Shown: positions 50,956-61,891, numbered from the stretch's first letter. The stretch is DNA of 64,000 nucleotides from Myxococcota bacterium (GCA_044344255.1 JBIJDH010000004.1:352001-416000), one strand, 5' to 3'. Translations and numbers: made by a program. The notes: generated from the sequence alone by a model not told the origin.

Positions 50956-53900
50956 ATGCGGCGCCCTGGTTTGATGCTCATTCCTACGCTCGGTCTGATC
51001 GCCACCCTGATCCTCGCCTGCGGCAAGGACGAAGCCGATGGGCCGTCGGCGGAGGAAGAGGCCGCACGGCTGGCCGCGGCCGCGGCTCAGGTGAAGACGC
51101 CCACCTTCGAAGAACAGCTCGCCCTCGCCCGCCGGAAGGCCTTGTCGCTGGACGCTGCCGGCGCCCTCGCAGAGGCCGAGAAACTTGTCGTCCAAAAGCC
51201 CGAAGACGACGCCGTCTGGCGCCTCCTCGAGCTGACGGCCATCGCCGCCGGGCAGGCAGAGGCCGTGAGCGCTCGGCTGGACGCGGGCAATCCGATCGGC
51301 GGGCGCACGGGTCCCCACCACCTGCTCCGGGCAGAGCTGGCGCTGGCCGCCGGTCGAGGGGCGGAGGCTCAGTCGTCGGCCACGGCGGCCTTGGCCGACG
51401 ATGGGGACGGTGCGGCCGCGCTCCTGGCGCGCGCGGCCGCGGCCGGCGCGCCGCTGCCGCCGGGGGCCACGACCCCCGCTGCAGATCGGGATCCAGCCGA
51501 TGCTCTCTTGAACTTTGTCACGGCCAAGGACGCCAAGGCTGCGGCTCCCTTCGCGGAGAAGGCCGGGCTCGTCGCTGGATGGCGGGCGGCCCTGCTGCGC
51601 GCCGAGACCCGACAGTCCCGGGGAGATCTGCCGGGCGCACTCGCGGAGTTTCAGCGCGCGGCCGAGTCGAGCCCGGCCGATCCCCGCGCGGTGGTGCGGG
51701 GGAACCTGGGGCGGGCCTCGCTCGCGCTCAACGGCATCACGTTGCCCGGTGATCTGAAGGTCGGGCCCGTCGAGGCGCTGGCTTGGGCCAAGGTGGCCGC
51801 GGAGGTCGCGATTTCGGAGGGCGACGCGGCGTCAGCGCTGCGGGCGATGGAGATCGCTTCCACTGCGGGTGGGCGCGGACTCCAGTCGGCGGAGGCCCTC
51901 GCGGTCCTCACCGCCTCGTCGCAGTCCATCTCGAGCTCCGCGGAAGGCGCGGTGGTCGGTCGTGCTGAACTCGTCCTGGCGCGCACCGCGGCGGAGGCCG
52001 GGATGCCCGTTGTGGCCGCCGAGGCGGCCGCCAAGGCTCGGAGCACCCTCCAGTCTGCCGGGGAGGCCGAGGCCGCCGCAGAGGCGGCGTGGCAGGAGGG
52101 GCTCGCCAGCCACGCGCTCGGTCGATTGGCCGGCTTGGAGGGCGCGTCCGGCGCGCTCAGCGGTGCGCGGCAACAGGCGCTTCAGGCGCTCGTCTACTAC
52201 GACAAGGGTGACTCTACGGCCGCCCGAGCCAAGGTGCCCGCCGAGGGGCTGATGGACCCCGAGCTCGTCTCCTTCGCGCCGTTCGCGGCGCGCCTCGATC
52301 CGGCGAACGCGGCGCGTTGGTGGCGCGACGCGGTCGCGGCGGCGGATCGGCTGGGCGCGCCCGTCGCTCGGATCTCCACTCGCCTCGCGCTCGAGGATCA
52401 CGCCCGGGCCCAGGGCCTCGCGGACGCCGGGCGAGTCCGGGCCGAGCTCCAGAAGCTCGCTCCCGCCGGCGCCGCGGGCGACGCCCTCCGGGCGGAGGTC
52501 GCGGTGCGCTCCATCCTGGAGGGGGGAGCGGGCTCCATCCCCACCGAGGGAGCGCTGCCGATCGTCTCGGCTTGGGCGGCGCTGTCCTCCGGCTCGGCCG
52601 CCTCGGCGAGCGCCGATGGCGCCTGGGTCGCGACGATCTCCGCTTGGGCTGCAGGTCGGGTCGCGGCGGCCGCGGGTTCGGATGCAGCCGCCGAACGATT
52701 CAATTCGGCCCTGGGGTTGGTGCCCACGCATCGTCACGGGCCGCTCTCGATGGGGACGGTCCTCGACGGGTCGTCCGGGTTCCCCGTGGACGTCGATCTC
52801 GATCTTCTCGGCAAGGGCAAAGCCAGCGATGCCACTGTGGGCGCCGCCCTCGCCGCCCATGAGCTCATCCACCGAGTGTCCACCAACCGGTCTGACATCT
52901 CGCTTGGCCGAGATCCCACTGTGGGCCTCGCGGAGGCCGACCGGGAGGCCGTCCTCGCCGGCGCGGCCCTGGTGCGCGCGGGTATCGCCGAGCTCCACGC
53001 CGGCTCGGGGCGCTTCCCGGAAGCCGCCGTGCGGAGCTACGAAGCGGCCGAGAAAAAAGCAGCCTCCGTCCCTGCCTTCGCCTCGCTCCTCCCGGTTCCG
53101 GGCGCCGCGGTGAGCGAGATCCGGAGCCGCCTGAGCGGCGCGGCCCTGGTCTCCTACCACTTCGGTCGGGGGCGGGTCCACGGCGTCGTGCTCACGCCGG
53201 GCGGCGGGGCGCTGAAGGAGCTCGGGAAGGAGGCGGCCGTCCGCGACCTCGCTCGCGCTCATTACGCCTCCCTCGCGGGCTCGGCCGCCACAAACGCCAA
53301 GGCCGATCACCGCGCCGGAGACAAGCTGCGCCTCCAGCTCCTCGACCCCTTCGTCGGAGAGCTCACGGGCATCGGGCGTTACCTCGTGGTCGCGCCGGCT
53401 GCCCTCTCGACCTTCTCGTTCACCACGTTTCCGGAGCAGGCGAGCGGCCTCCGCTTCCTCGCGGACATCCGGACCATCTGCACCTCGGGTACCGTGCGAA
53501 TCGCGATGCGTCCCGAGCCGCAGCCGCGGACCTTCTCTCCGGACTACCTCGCGATCGCCGCTCCCCAGGCGGGCGCCCCAGCCGCGTCGGCGGCTGCCCA
53601 GCCCGGGCCTGCGGCGCCGAGCCCAACCGCGACGCCGACCCCGGCGACACCAACCCCGACGACACCAACTCCGACGACACCAACTCCGACGACACCGCCG
53701 TTGACGGCCGGCGCGCCCGAAGACGGCGTGGGGAAGGCCCCGGTGGCACCCGCGACGGATGGGGTCGCGAAGACCTCGGCGCCCGGGGTGGAGGATCCCA
53801 ATTCCGACGCCGCCATGCTGGCTCGCCACCGCTCCGACGCCAACCTCCCTCCCGACGTGGCAGCGGGCGCTCGCAACTTCGGCGAGGAGTTCCGCAAGGC

Positions 53901-54345
53901 GCTCGTCTCTTCCGACGTCACGGTGGCGGCCTGGGAGAGCTCGATCCCGACGGCGCGGTACATTCACATCTCGCACGTCCCCGCCACCGCGGATGGTGGC
54001 TTTCAGCTCGGGGATGGGAGCGTCGGCCTCGCGGACCTTCGGCTCACTCCGATCGTGGCCAAGCTGGTGATCATCACGGCGCCGGCTACGATCGATCAGC
54101 AGAACGCCCGCGCGCGGGCCTTCCTCGACGCGGGAGCCGAGGCCGTCCTGGTGTCGGCCTGGCCGATTGACGATGGCCGCCTCGATCGAATGATGGACGG
54201 ATTCTTCCAGGCTTTGAACCGTGACCGACCGCCGGCGCGGGCGATCGGAGAGGCGAGGGAGTCGCTGCTCCGGGACTCTCTCTCGGGTGAGGACCTCGAT
54301 GACCCTGGGCTCTGGGGCTCGCTCCTCCTCTTCGCGAACCCTTGA
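50956..54345 (+). CDS. Lipoprotein with TPR-like helical repeats and a C-terminal CHAT domain lacking the catalytic Cys
   Basis: Lipobox ILAC; ALVSYHFG, YIHISH, AFLDAGAEAVLVSAWPIDD, PGLWGSLLLF; expected VVLSAC reads VIITAP. Confidence 0.8.
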   Translation: MRRPGLMLIPTLGLIATLILACGKDEADGPSAEEEAARLAAAAAQVKTPTFEEQLALARRKALSLDAAGALAEAEKLVVQKPEDDAVWRLLELTAIAAGQAEAVSARLDAGNPIGGRTGPHHLLRAELALAAGRGAEAQSSATAALADDGDGAAALLARAAAAGAPLPPGATTPAADRDPADALLNFVTAKDAKAAAPFAEKAGLVAGWRAALLRAETRQSRGDLPGALAEFQRAAESSPADPRAVVRGNLGRASLALNGITLPGDLKVGPVEALAWAKVAAEVAISEGDAASALRAMEIASTAGGRGLQSAEALAVLTASSQSISSSAEGAVVGRAELVLARTAAEAGMPVVAAEAAAKARSTLQSAGEAEAAAEAAWQEGLASHALGRLAGLEGASGALSGARQQALQALVYYDKGDSTAARAKVPAEGLMDPELVSFAPFAARLDPANAARWWRDAVAAADRLGAPVARISTRLALEDHARAQGLADAGRVRAELQKLAPAGAAGDALRAEVAVRSILEGGAGSIPTEGALPIVSAWAALSSGSAASASADGAWVATISAWAAGRVAAAAGSDAAAERFNSALGLVPTHRHGPLSMGTVLDGSSGFPVDVDLDLLGKGKASDATVGAALAAHELIHRVSTNRSDISLGRDPTVGLAEADREAVLAGAALVRAGIAELHAGSGRFPEAAVRSYEAAEKKAASVPAFASLLPVPGAAVSEIRSRLSGAALVSYHFGRGRVHGVVLTPGGGALKELGKEAAVRDLARAHYASLAGSAATNAKADHRAGDKLRLQLLDPFVGELTGIGRYLVVAPAALSTFSFTTFPEQASGLRFLADIRTICTSGTVRIAMRPEPQPRTFSPDYLAIAAPQAGAPAASAAAQPGPAAPSPTATPTPATPTPTTPTPTTPTPTTPPLTAGAPEDGVGKAPVAPATDGVAKTSAPGVEDPNSDAAMLARHRSDANLPPDVAAGARNFGEEFRKALVSSDVTVAAWESSIPTARYIHISHVPATADGGFQLGDGSVGLADLRLTPIVAKLVIITAPATIDQQNARARAFLDAGAEAVLVSAWPIDDGRLDRMMDGFFQALNRDRPPARAIGEARESLLRDSLSGEDLDDPGLWGSLLLFANP
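53628..53700 (+). repeat. 15-nt tandem repeat encoding a (TPTPT)n linker
   Basis: cgacaccaac(c/t)ccga units. Confidence 0.75.
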
Positions 54346-57300
54346 ACGGGCGATCGTCGGCCTCTGCGGGCTCCTCCTAGCGGGCCCCGCGGAGGCCCTC
54401 CCCGCGGGTGCCGCCCTGCTCGGCCCCGACGGACCGACCTATGTCGGAACCCTGCCCCCGAGCCCCGGTCGCCTCGTCACGGCGGTGATCGATCCGCGTG
54501 ATGGGCGCTTGCTCGTCGAAGAGCGGCTCTCGGAGCACACGCTCTCCTGGGATGGCGCCGCTTGGTCGCTCGACGAGCAGCCTCTGCCCGCCGAGCCCGA
54601 TCCCCGCTTTGTGTTCGACGAGGGGCGGCTGGTCAGCCTGCGGTCACCGGACGGCCTCGCACACCGGCTCCGCTACGATGAGGGCGGTCGCCTCGTCGGG
54701 CTGGAGTGGCCGGACGCTACGGCCATCGCGGTCCGCTACGACGAGCGGGGCCGAGTCCGAGAGCTCCGGGGTCCGGGATCGTTGCTGAGCCGGGCCACCT
54801 GGGCATTGGAGGCGGACAGCGGAGAGGTCGAGTTCCAGGACAGCCTTGGCCGCAGCCTGCGGGTGCGCCGGATCGAGGCGGGCGACCTCGGCGCGCAGGG
54901 TCAGGAGGTGGAGGACGCCCTCGGCCGCGTGGCGCGGCTTTGGACCGACGCCCAAGGCGCCGTGTCCGCGTGGCAGGACCCTCGCGGCGGACTGACGCGG
55001 GTGAGCCAAGAGCCCGGTCGCCTCCGGGTCGAGCGCGCGGCCGGCCTGCGATGGGAGGTTGAGGTGGACAGCGCGCGTCGTCCGCTCGCGTCGATCGGTC
55101 CGGGCGGCGAGCGGTGGCGGTGGGAGCGTGACGTGGCCGGCCGGGTCGTCCGGATCGTCGATGGCGCGGGGCGGACCACCCTGTGGACCCGCGACACCCA
55201 GGAGCGGGTCATCGGCTGCTCCACGGGGGGGCGGCTGTGGCGCATCGGCCGAGACAGCGCGGGACGGATCGTCGGGATCACCGATCCCAACGGTGCTGTC
55301 ACCACGCTCTCCCGGGACTCCGACGGCCGGGTGAGCTCGATCGTCGACGCCGCGGGCAACACCGTCCTCCTCGGCCGGGGAGCCGGAGGAGAGCTCACCA
55401 CGATCACTGAGCGCGACGGCGGGCGGTGGCTGAGCTCGGTCGACCTGACGGGTCGGGTCGATCGGCTCACCTTCCCCGGGGGGCGCACCGTCGATCTCGA
55501 GCGAGATCCGGCGGGGCGCTTGATCCGGATCACGGACTCTGTTTACGGGGTCACTCGCTTCGATCGCGCCGCAGATGGCGCGCTCACGCGGGTGCTCGAT
55601 CCGGCGGGCCGCGCGACGGGGATGGTCCGAGACGCGGCGGGTCGGGTCAGCGAGGTGCGGCGGCCGGACGGCCAGCGCCTCCAGATCGTGCGCGATCCGA
55701 ACGGCGACGTTTCCCGGGTGACCCTCGCGGAGTCGAGCCTGGAGATCACCCGGGACGCCCTCGGGTTGCCCACCGGCGCCGGGCCGATCCGCTGGCTGCG
55801 AGACGGCGCCGGGCGGGTGGCGGGCCTCGAGGGCCCGGGGATCTCGCTGCGCCTCAGCTCCGATGGCGCTGGGCTGCTCCGCGGACTCTCGGCGGGCGGC
55901 TGGACGATGAGCCTCGATCGCAGCGCCGCTGGGGAGGTCACGAGATGGTCGGGCACGGACGGGGAGGTGCGGATCGAGCGGGACGCCGCCGGGCGGGAGG
56001 TCGGCGAGGTGGTCCGGACGGCCGCGGGGGTGGTGGAGACCCGCTTCAACCGCGATCTGCGCGGACAGGTCGAGCGGGTCACGAACGCGCGGGGAGTGTG
56101 GCGTTACGGGCGTGACGCGACCGGTCGGGTGCTGTCTGTGGAGGGGCCCGAAGGCCTCCGTGTCGGCCTGGATCGAGCGCCGGGTGGTGAGGTCCGGCTC
56201 TTCCGTTTTCCCGATGGGGCCTTCCTCCGCTTGAAGTCGGAGGGGGATCGGGTCGAGGAGGAGCTCGTGGGCTCGGACGGCCGCACGGTGCTGCGGCGGA
56301 CCACCGCCTTCGACGGGGCGGGGCGGCCAAAGTGGAGGCAGGAGGGTGACCTCGAGCGAGAGTCCTGGCGCACCGATCCCCTCGGCCGTCTCGTGACGAT
56401 TGAGCTCCCGGACGGTCGGGCCTGGTCCTGGGCTGCGGGGGAGGTCCAGGGCCCCGACGGGGAGCGTGTCGTGGACGGGGCACGCGGGCTCTGGACGGAG
56501 GCCGCGCCGGGGATCGGTCCACCGGCTTGGGGAGCTGGGGAGCTCCTCGTCCGAGCCAGCCGGGAGAGCGGGGGGCGGCTGAGCCGGGTGCAAGGGGAGG
56601 GCGGCAGCGCCCGCCTCGCCTGGGATGCCCTCGGGCGGCTGCAAGCCGTGGAGCGACTGTCAACAGCGCGCGGGGACTCCGCCGTCCCGGCTGCGGCCGC
56701 GGTCGGCGGAGCCTCTCCGGGTGGGTCCGCCGCTCGGGCCTCGGAGATGAGGTCCTTCCAGGAGGCGATCCAGCGGTGGGCCCTGCTCTATGACGCACGA
56801 GGGCGCCCTGCCGCGATCGCGAGCCCCGGGGCACCCGCGGCGCTCCTCGCCTGGGGGCCGGAGGCGGCTTCGATCGACCGGCGGCTCGAGGGCAGGGGAG
56901 GGGAGGCAGGGGGGCTCTTGGCGAGTGGCCCGTCGCTGGAGCGAGCCTGGATCCAGAGCCCGTGGGGGGCCGCTGGACAGCGGGTGGAGGGGCGCACCCG
57001 CTCGCTCCTCCACTTTGGGGACGGGGACGCACGCTACGTCTCTGACCCTGGGCTACCCCTGATCCGCTGCGAGACCAGCCCCTCCGGCCGGGCCGACTCC
57101 GGCGCAGCCGGCTTCGCGGGTCCGGCACAGAGCCTCCAGCTCTTCCCGGGTGGCCCGCTCTTCACCGGCGGGAGGGCCTTTGATCCGCTCGACGGGCAGC
57201 CGATCGACGGCTGGGCCACGTGGCCCTGGTCGGGGCTCCCGCTGCGGGGGGATCCGGAGCTCGCGTCCCTCGACCCCGCGGCCTGGGCCCCGGAGAGCGC

Positions 57301-57670
57301 GTGGTGGAATCCGCTCGCTCTCCTTCAAGACCTCGATCAGCTGGGCGACATCGACGTGGGCGGCTGGTGGGAGCCCGCGCCCGCTCGCGCCTTTGAGGGC
57401 CTGCCTGCCGGCATCCAGGGCGCGCGGCCACCGTTGGGACCTTCCCTGCCGGCCCTGCCGCTGGAGGACGATCGCCTGACGGTGGCTCTGTTGACCTCCC
57501 TGCTGCCGGGTGGGAGCCCCCTCGACGGCGACGCCCTCCTGTCGCTGATCCTGGAGGACGATGCTGCCGAGCTCAACGTGCTTCCCGGGCTGCGAGTCCC
57601 CGGCGCCGAGGCCCTCCAGGCGCTGCGCCCCTCCTCGATGTCCCTTGCCACACTCGAGCGTGCCGATTAG
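54299..57670 (+). CDS. RHS/YD-repeat protein with signal peptide and degenerate RHS core
   Basis: Dozens of YD/RDxxGR repeats; GGRAFDPLDGQPID remnant core; start inferred (overlaps the CHAT gene end). Confidence 0.8.
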   Translation: MTLGSGARSSSSRTLERAIVGLCGLLLAGPAEALPAGAALLGPDGPTYVGTLPPSPGRLVTAVIDPRDGRLLVEERLSEHTLSWDGAAWSLDEQPLPAEPDPRFVFDEGRLVSLRSPDGLAHRLRYDEGGRLVGLEWPDATAIAVRYDERGRVRELRGPGSLLSRATWALEADSGEVEFQDSLGRSLRVRRIEAGDLGAQGQEVEDALGRVARLWTDAQGAVSAWQDPRGGLTRVSQEPGRLRVERAAGLRWEVEVDSARRPLASIGPGGERWRWERDVAGRVVRIVDGAGRTTLWTRDTQERVIGCSTGGRLWRIGRDSAGRIVGITDPNGAVTTLSRDSDGRVSSIVDAAGNTVLLGRGAGGELTTITERDGGRWLSSVDLTGRVDRLTFPGGRTVDLERDPAGRLIRITDSVYGVTRFDRAADGALTRVLDPAGRATGMVRDAAGRVSEVRRPDGQRLQIVRDPNGDVSRVTLAESSLEITRDALGLPTGAGPIRWLRDGAGRVAGLEGPGISLRLSSDGAGLLRGLSAGGWTMSLDRSAAGEVTRWSGTDGEVRIERDAAGREVGEVVRTAAGVVETRFNRDLRGQVERVTNARGVWRYGRDATGRVLSVEGPEGLRVGLDRAPGGEVRLFRFPDGAFLRLKSEGDRVEEELVGSDGRTVLRRTTAFDGAGRPKWRQEGDLERESWRTDPLGRLVTIELPDGRAWSWAAGEVQGPDGERVVDGARGLWTEAAPGIGPPAWGAGELLVRASRESGGRLSRVQGEGGSARLAWDALGRLQAVERLSTARGDSAVPAAAAVGGASPGGSAARASEMRSFQEAIQRWALLYDARGRPAAIASPGAPAALLAWGPEAASIDRRLEGRGGEAGGLLASGPSLERAWIQSPWGAAGQRVEGRTRSLLHFGDGDARYVSDPGLPLIRCETSPSGRADSGAAGFAGPAQSLQLFPGGPLFTGGRAFDPLDGQPIDGWATWPWSGLPLRGDPELASLDPAAWAPESAWWNPLALLQDLDQLGDIDVGGWWEPAPARAFEGLPAGIQGARPPLGPSLPALPLEDDRLTVALLTSLLPGGSPLDGDALLSLILEDDAAELNVLPGLRVPGAEALQALRPSSMSLATLERAD

Positions 57671-57673
57671 TAG
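57645..57673 (+). promoter_or_regulatory. Sigma70-type promoter of the tRNA cluster
   Basis: TTGCCA-N17-TAGTAG; same -10 as the tRNA-Met promoter; overlaps the RHS stop. Confidence 0.55.
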
Positions 57674-57859
57674 AGCGGCGCCGGTTGGAGACGGTCTCTC
57701 GGGGCGCCCGCTTGGGCAAACTTGAGGCAGTTCAGAGCCGGCGCAGGTCTTTACAGCGCTGTGTTGTGGGATGCGGTGTTGTGAGGCGGCCTTCGTTCAG
57801 GGTGAGGTTGGAGTAAATTCTCTGCCGAGCCTTGAAGCCACGAGACGTCCAGGGTATGC

Positions 57860-57937
57860 GGTGGGTGTAGCTCAGTTGGTTAGAGCGCCAGGTTGTGGCC
57901 CTGGAGGTCGTGGGTTCAAATCCCATCATTCACCCCA
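57860..57937 (+). tRNA. tRNA-His (GTG)
   Basis: G-1, acceptor GTGGGTG/CATTCAC, C73, CCA encoded; anticodon arm CCAGG-TTGTGGC-CCTGG. Confidence 0.95.
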
Positions 57938-58056
57938 CTCTCCCAGCTTGCGCCTCCTTGGGGCCCGGACTACTGGGCGCCACATAGAATGCAGGCCTGA
58001 CTGTTGTGGCGCTTCATCGCGGCCCTACCCTCCTATTTGATAGTCGAATTTTCTTC

Positions 58057-58132
58057 GGGCTCATAGCTCAACTGGCAGAGCATCGGACTCTTAATCCGCA
58101 GGTTCCTGGTTCGATTCCAGGTGGGCCCACCA
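58057..58132 (+). tRNA. tRNA-Lys (CTT)
   Basis: Acceptor GGGCTCA/TGGGCCC, loop CTCTTAA, T loop TTCGATT, CCA encoded. Confidence 0.95.
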
Positions 58133-58137
58133 AATTG

Positions 58138-58175
58138 ACGCCGGGGCCGGGTAACCGACCCCGGCGTTTGTATTT
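58138..58175 (+). terminator. Hairpin, terminator-like or processing structure between tRNA-Lys and tRNA-Leu
   Basis: GACGCCGGGG-CCGG-GTAA-CCGA-CCCCGGCGTT then TGTATTT. Confidence 0.6.
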
Positions 58176-58196
58176 CCGGCGTCTTCAGTCCTCAGC

Positions 58197-58278
58197 GCGA
58201 GAATGGCGGAATTGGCAGACGCGCCAGACTTAGGATCTGGTGGGGCGACCCGTGGGGGTTCAAGTCCCCCTTCTCGCA
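58197..58278 (+). tRNA. tRNA-Leu (TAG); CCA not encoded
   Basis: Acceptor GCGAGAA/TTCTCGC, anticodon arm CCAGA-CTTAGGA-TCTGG, long variable arm. Confidence 0.95.
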
Positions 58279-58367
58279 GCCGATCGCCGCTCCATCCCCG
58301 CTTGACATCCCTGACCATCGCCTCGGCGCTCCGTCCAAGGCGTGGTGCAATCTTTGACGAGGCCCCG

Positions 58368-59726
58368 ATGCAGTACGATCTCCAGATCGAAGAAGTGAGC
58401 TCCATTCGCCGCCGCCTCCGCTTCACGCTGCCGAGCGGTGTGGTCAAGGGTGAGCTCGACCGCGCCTTCGTCACGTACAAGAACAAGGTGCGGATCCCCG
58501 GCTTCCGCGCGGGCAAGGTGCCCCGACCGATGCTGGAGCAGCGCTTCGGGAAGCAAATCCAGTCCGAGGTGGCGGAGGCGCTGGTGAACCGGGCCTACCG
58601 TGAGGCCGCCGAGCGCCTCGAGGTCGCATCCCAGCCGCAGCTCACCCGCCCGGGTGAGGTGGTCTCGGGCGCCGAGTTTGTCTTTGAGGTCGAGGTCGAC
58701 GTCAAGCCGCAGATCACCATCTCTGGCTACAAGGGTCTGGAGGTCGAGTACGCCGAGGCCACCGTGACCGACGCCGACGTCGAGCGGGTAGTCAAGCAGC
58801 GCCTGGCCACCAAGGCCCACATCGAGTCTGTCGAAGACGGCCGCCCGGTACAGAAGGGCGACCTCGTCCTCACCGCGCTCAAGCTGGTCAACGCCGAGGG
58901 CGAGGAGCTCGTCAACGAGCCTGGCACCATGGTGAGCACCTCGGGCGAGAAGTATTACCCCGGCGTCGAAGCGCTGCTGCTCGGCCTCACCAAGGGTGAG
59001 TCTGCGACCGGCGACGTGACGATCCGCCCGAGCTCGGTCTTCGCCCACCTCCGCGACGTGGCGGCTACCGCGACCGTCCAGGTGATGGAGATCCAGGCTC
59101 AGGTCGTGCCCACCCTCTCGGACGAGCTCGCCGCTGAGCTTGGCTTCGAGGGCGGCGTCGAGGGCATGCAGACGGCCATCCGCATGCAGCTTCAGGGCCA
59201 GGCCGATGAAGCTGGCCGGATGCAGTCCCGCGTGGCCCTCCTCCAGAAGCTCGTGGACACACACGACTTCGATGTCCCGGGGACGATGATCGATGAGCAG
59301 CTCCAGGCCCTCGTCGAGGAGCTGCGCGTCCGCCGTGCCTGGGGCGGCACCGACCCCCGCTCCATCCGCTTCTCCGACGCCGAGATGGCGGACCTCCGCA
59401 ACCGGGCCCGCTTCGCCGCCAAGGGCAGCGTGATCCTGGCGACGGTGGCCAAGGCGGAGGGCCTGATGGTGTCCGAGGAGGACATCTCCGCGAAGATCAA
59501 CGAGATCGCCGATAGTCGCGGCCAGGCCCCCGAGGCCATCCGCGGCTACCTTGAGCGTGAGAACGCGTTGCCCGTCCTCCAGGATCGCATCCTCGAGGAG
59601 AAGACCCTTGAGTGGCTGCTCGAGAACGCCTCTCTGACGGTGCTCGGGGCCGCGCCCGCCGCGGACGCCGCGACCGAGGGGAGCGCCGACGCGGGTGCGG
59701 AACAGGCCGCGTCCGTCGAGGGTTGA
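58368..59726 (+). CDS. tig: Trigger factor
   Basis: IPGFRAGKVP ribosome-binding motif; YKGLEV; located upstream of clpP. Confidence 0.93.
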   Translation: MQYDLQIEEVSSIRRRLRFTLPSGVVKGELDRAFVTYKNKVRIPGFRAGKVPRPMLEQRFGKQIQSEVAEALVNRAYREAAERLEVASQPQLTRPGEVVSGAEFVFEVEVDVKPQITISGYKGLEVEYAEATVTDADVERVVKQRLATKAHIESVEDGRPVQKGDLVLTALKLVNAEGEELVNEPGTMVSTSGEKYYPGVEALLLGLTKGESATGDVTIRPSSVFAHLRDVAATATVQVMEIQAQVVPTLSDELAAELGFEGGVEGMQTAIRMQLQGQADEAGRMQSRVALLQKLVDTHDFDVPGTMIDEQLQALVEELRVRRAWGGTDPRSIRFSDAEMADLRNRARFAAKGSVILATVAKAEGLMVSEEDISAKINEIADSRGQAPEAIRGYLERENALPVLQDRILEEKTLEWLLENASLTVLGAAPAADAATEGSADAGAEQAASVEG

Positions 59727-59783
59727 GCACGGCCTTTCGCTGTTCCCCGGCCTCGAGCCGGGGGGAGTCCCCGAACCCAGGGT

Positions 59784-60416
59784 GTGCCGATGAGCTTTGA
59801 TCCTCGCGGGCCGAACGCTATCATCCCTTTCGTGGTCGAGCAGACCCACCGGGGTGAGCGTTCGTTTGACATCTACTCCCGTCTGTTGATGGACCGGATC
59901 ATCTTCCTCGGCACCCAGGTGACCGCGGACGTGGCCAACGTCATCACGGCCCAGCTCCTCTTCTTGGAGAGCCAGGACCCTGAGAAGGACGTCTACCTCT
60001 ACATCAACAGCCCCGGGGGCTCCGTGACGGCCGGCATGGCCATCTACGACACCATGCAGTACATCCGGCCCAACGTGGCCACGACCTGCATCGGTCAGGC
60101 CGCCTCGATGGGCGCGCTCCTGCTCGCTGCGGGGGCCAAGGGCAAGCGCCGGGCGCTCCCGCACGCCAGCGTAATGATCCATCAGCCCTCGGCTGGGACC
60201 TACGGACAGGTCACGGACATGGAGATCCACGTCAAGGAGTACCTCCGCACGAAGGACTACTTGGCGCAGATCCTGTCCAAGCACACCGGCCAGACGATGG
60301 AGCGGGTGAAGATCGACACGGAGCGCGACAACTTCCTCTCCGCCGCAGAGGCGGTCGAATATGGCCTCATCGATGAGGTCATCGAGCGGAAGGAGCAGAT
60401 CGAGCTTCCGAAATAG
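59784..60416 (+). CDS. clpP: ATP-dependent Clp protease proteolytic subunit
   Basis: [30 protein letters not shown]; start may be ATG 59790. Confidence 0.97.
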   Translation: MPMSFDPRGPNAIIPFVVEQTHRGERSFDIYSRLLMDRIIFLGTQVTADVANVITAQLLFLESQDPEKDVYLYINSPGGSVTAGMAIYDTMQYIRPNVATTCIGQAASMGALLLAAGAKGKRRALPHASVMIHQPSAGTYGQVTDMEIHVKEYLRTKDYLAQILSKHTGQTMERVKIDTERDNFLSAAEAVEYGLIDEVIERKEQIELPK

Positions 60417-60568
60417 CCCTCGCGGGCCGGCGCCCGCTCGTGGGCTCCGGCCGCGAAGCCTGCCCGGCGCTCGTCCGCCGCCCCTCCCGCCGCCTGGCGG
60501 TATCGGGTGGCCGGGCGGCGCCGGGTTGCTATGTTTGCCGAGCCCGTTCTGGGCGCCGAGGTGGTCGG

Positions 60569-61837
<1,269 letters not shown>

Positions 61838-61891
61838 GCACGCCGGGCGGAGGGCGCCGGCCCACACCGGCAGACGAGCCAGGGAGGGAGC

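Noticed and set aside
57745..57859. 6S RNA or c-di-GMP riboswitch in the tRNA leader
   Set aside because: Only short motif resemblances; the required long stem and conserved loops could not be built
58203..58367. Longer N-terminus for trigger factor
   Set aside because: Overlaps tRNA-Leu; the likely start is ATG 58368
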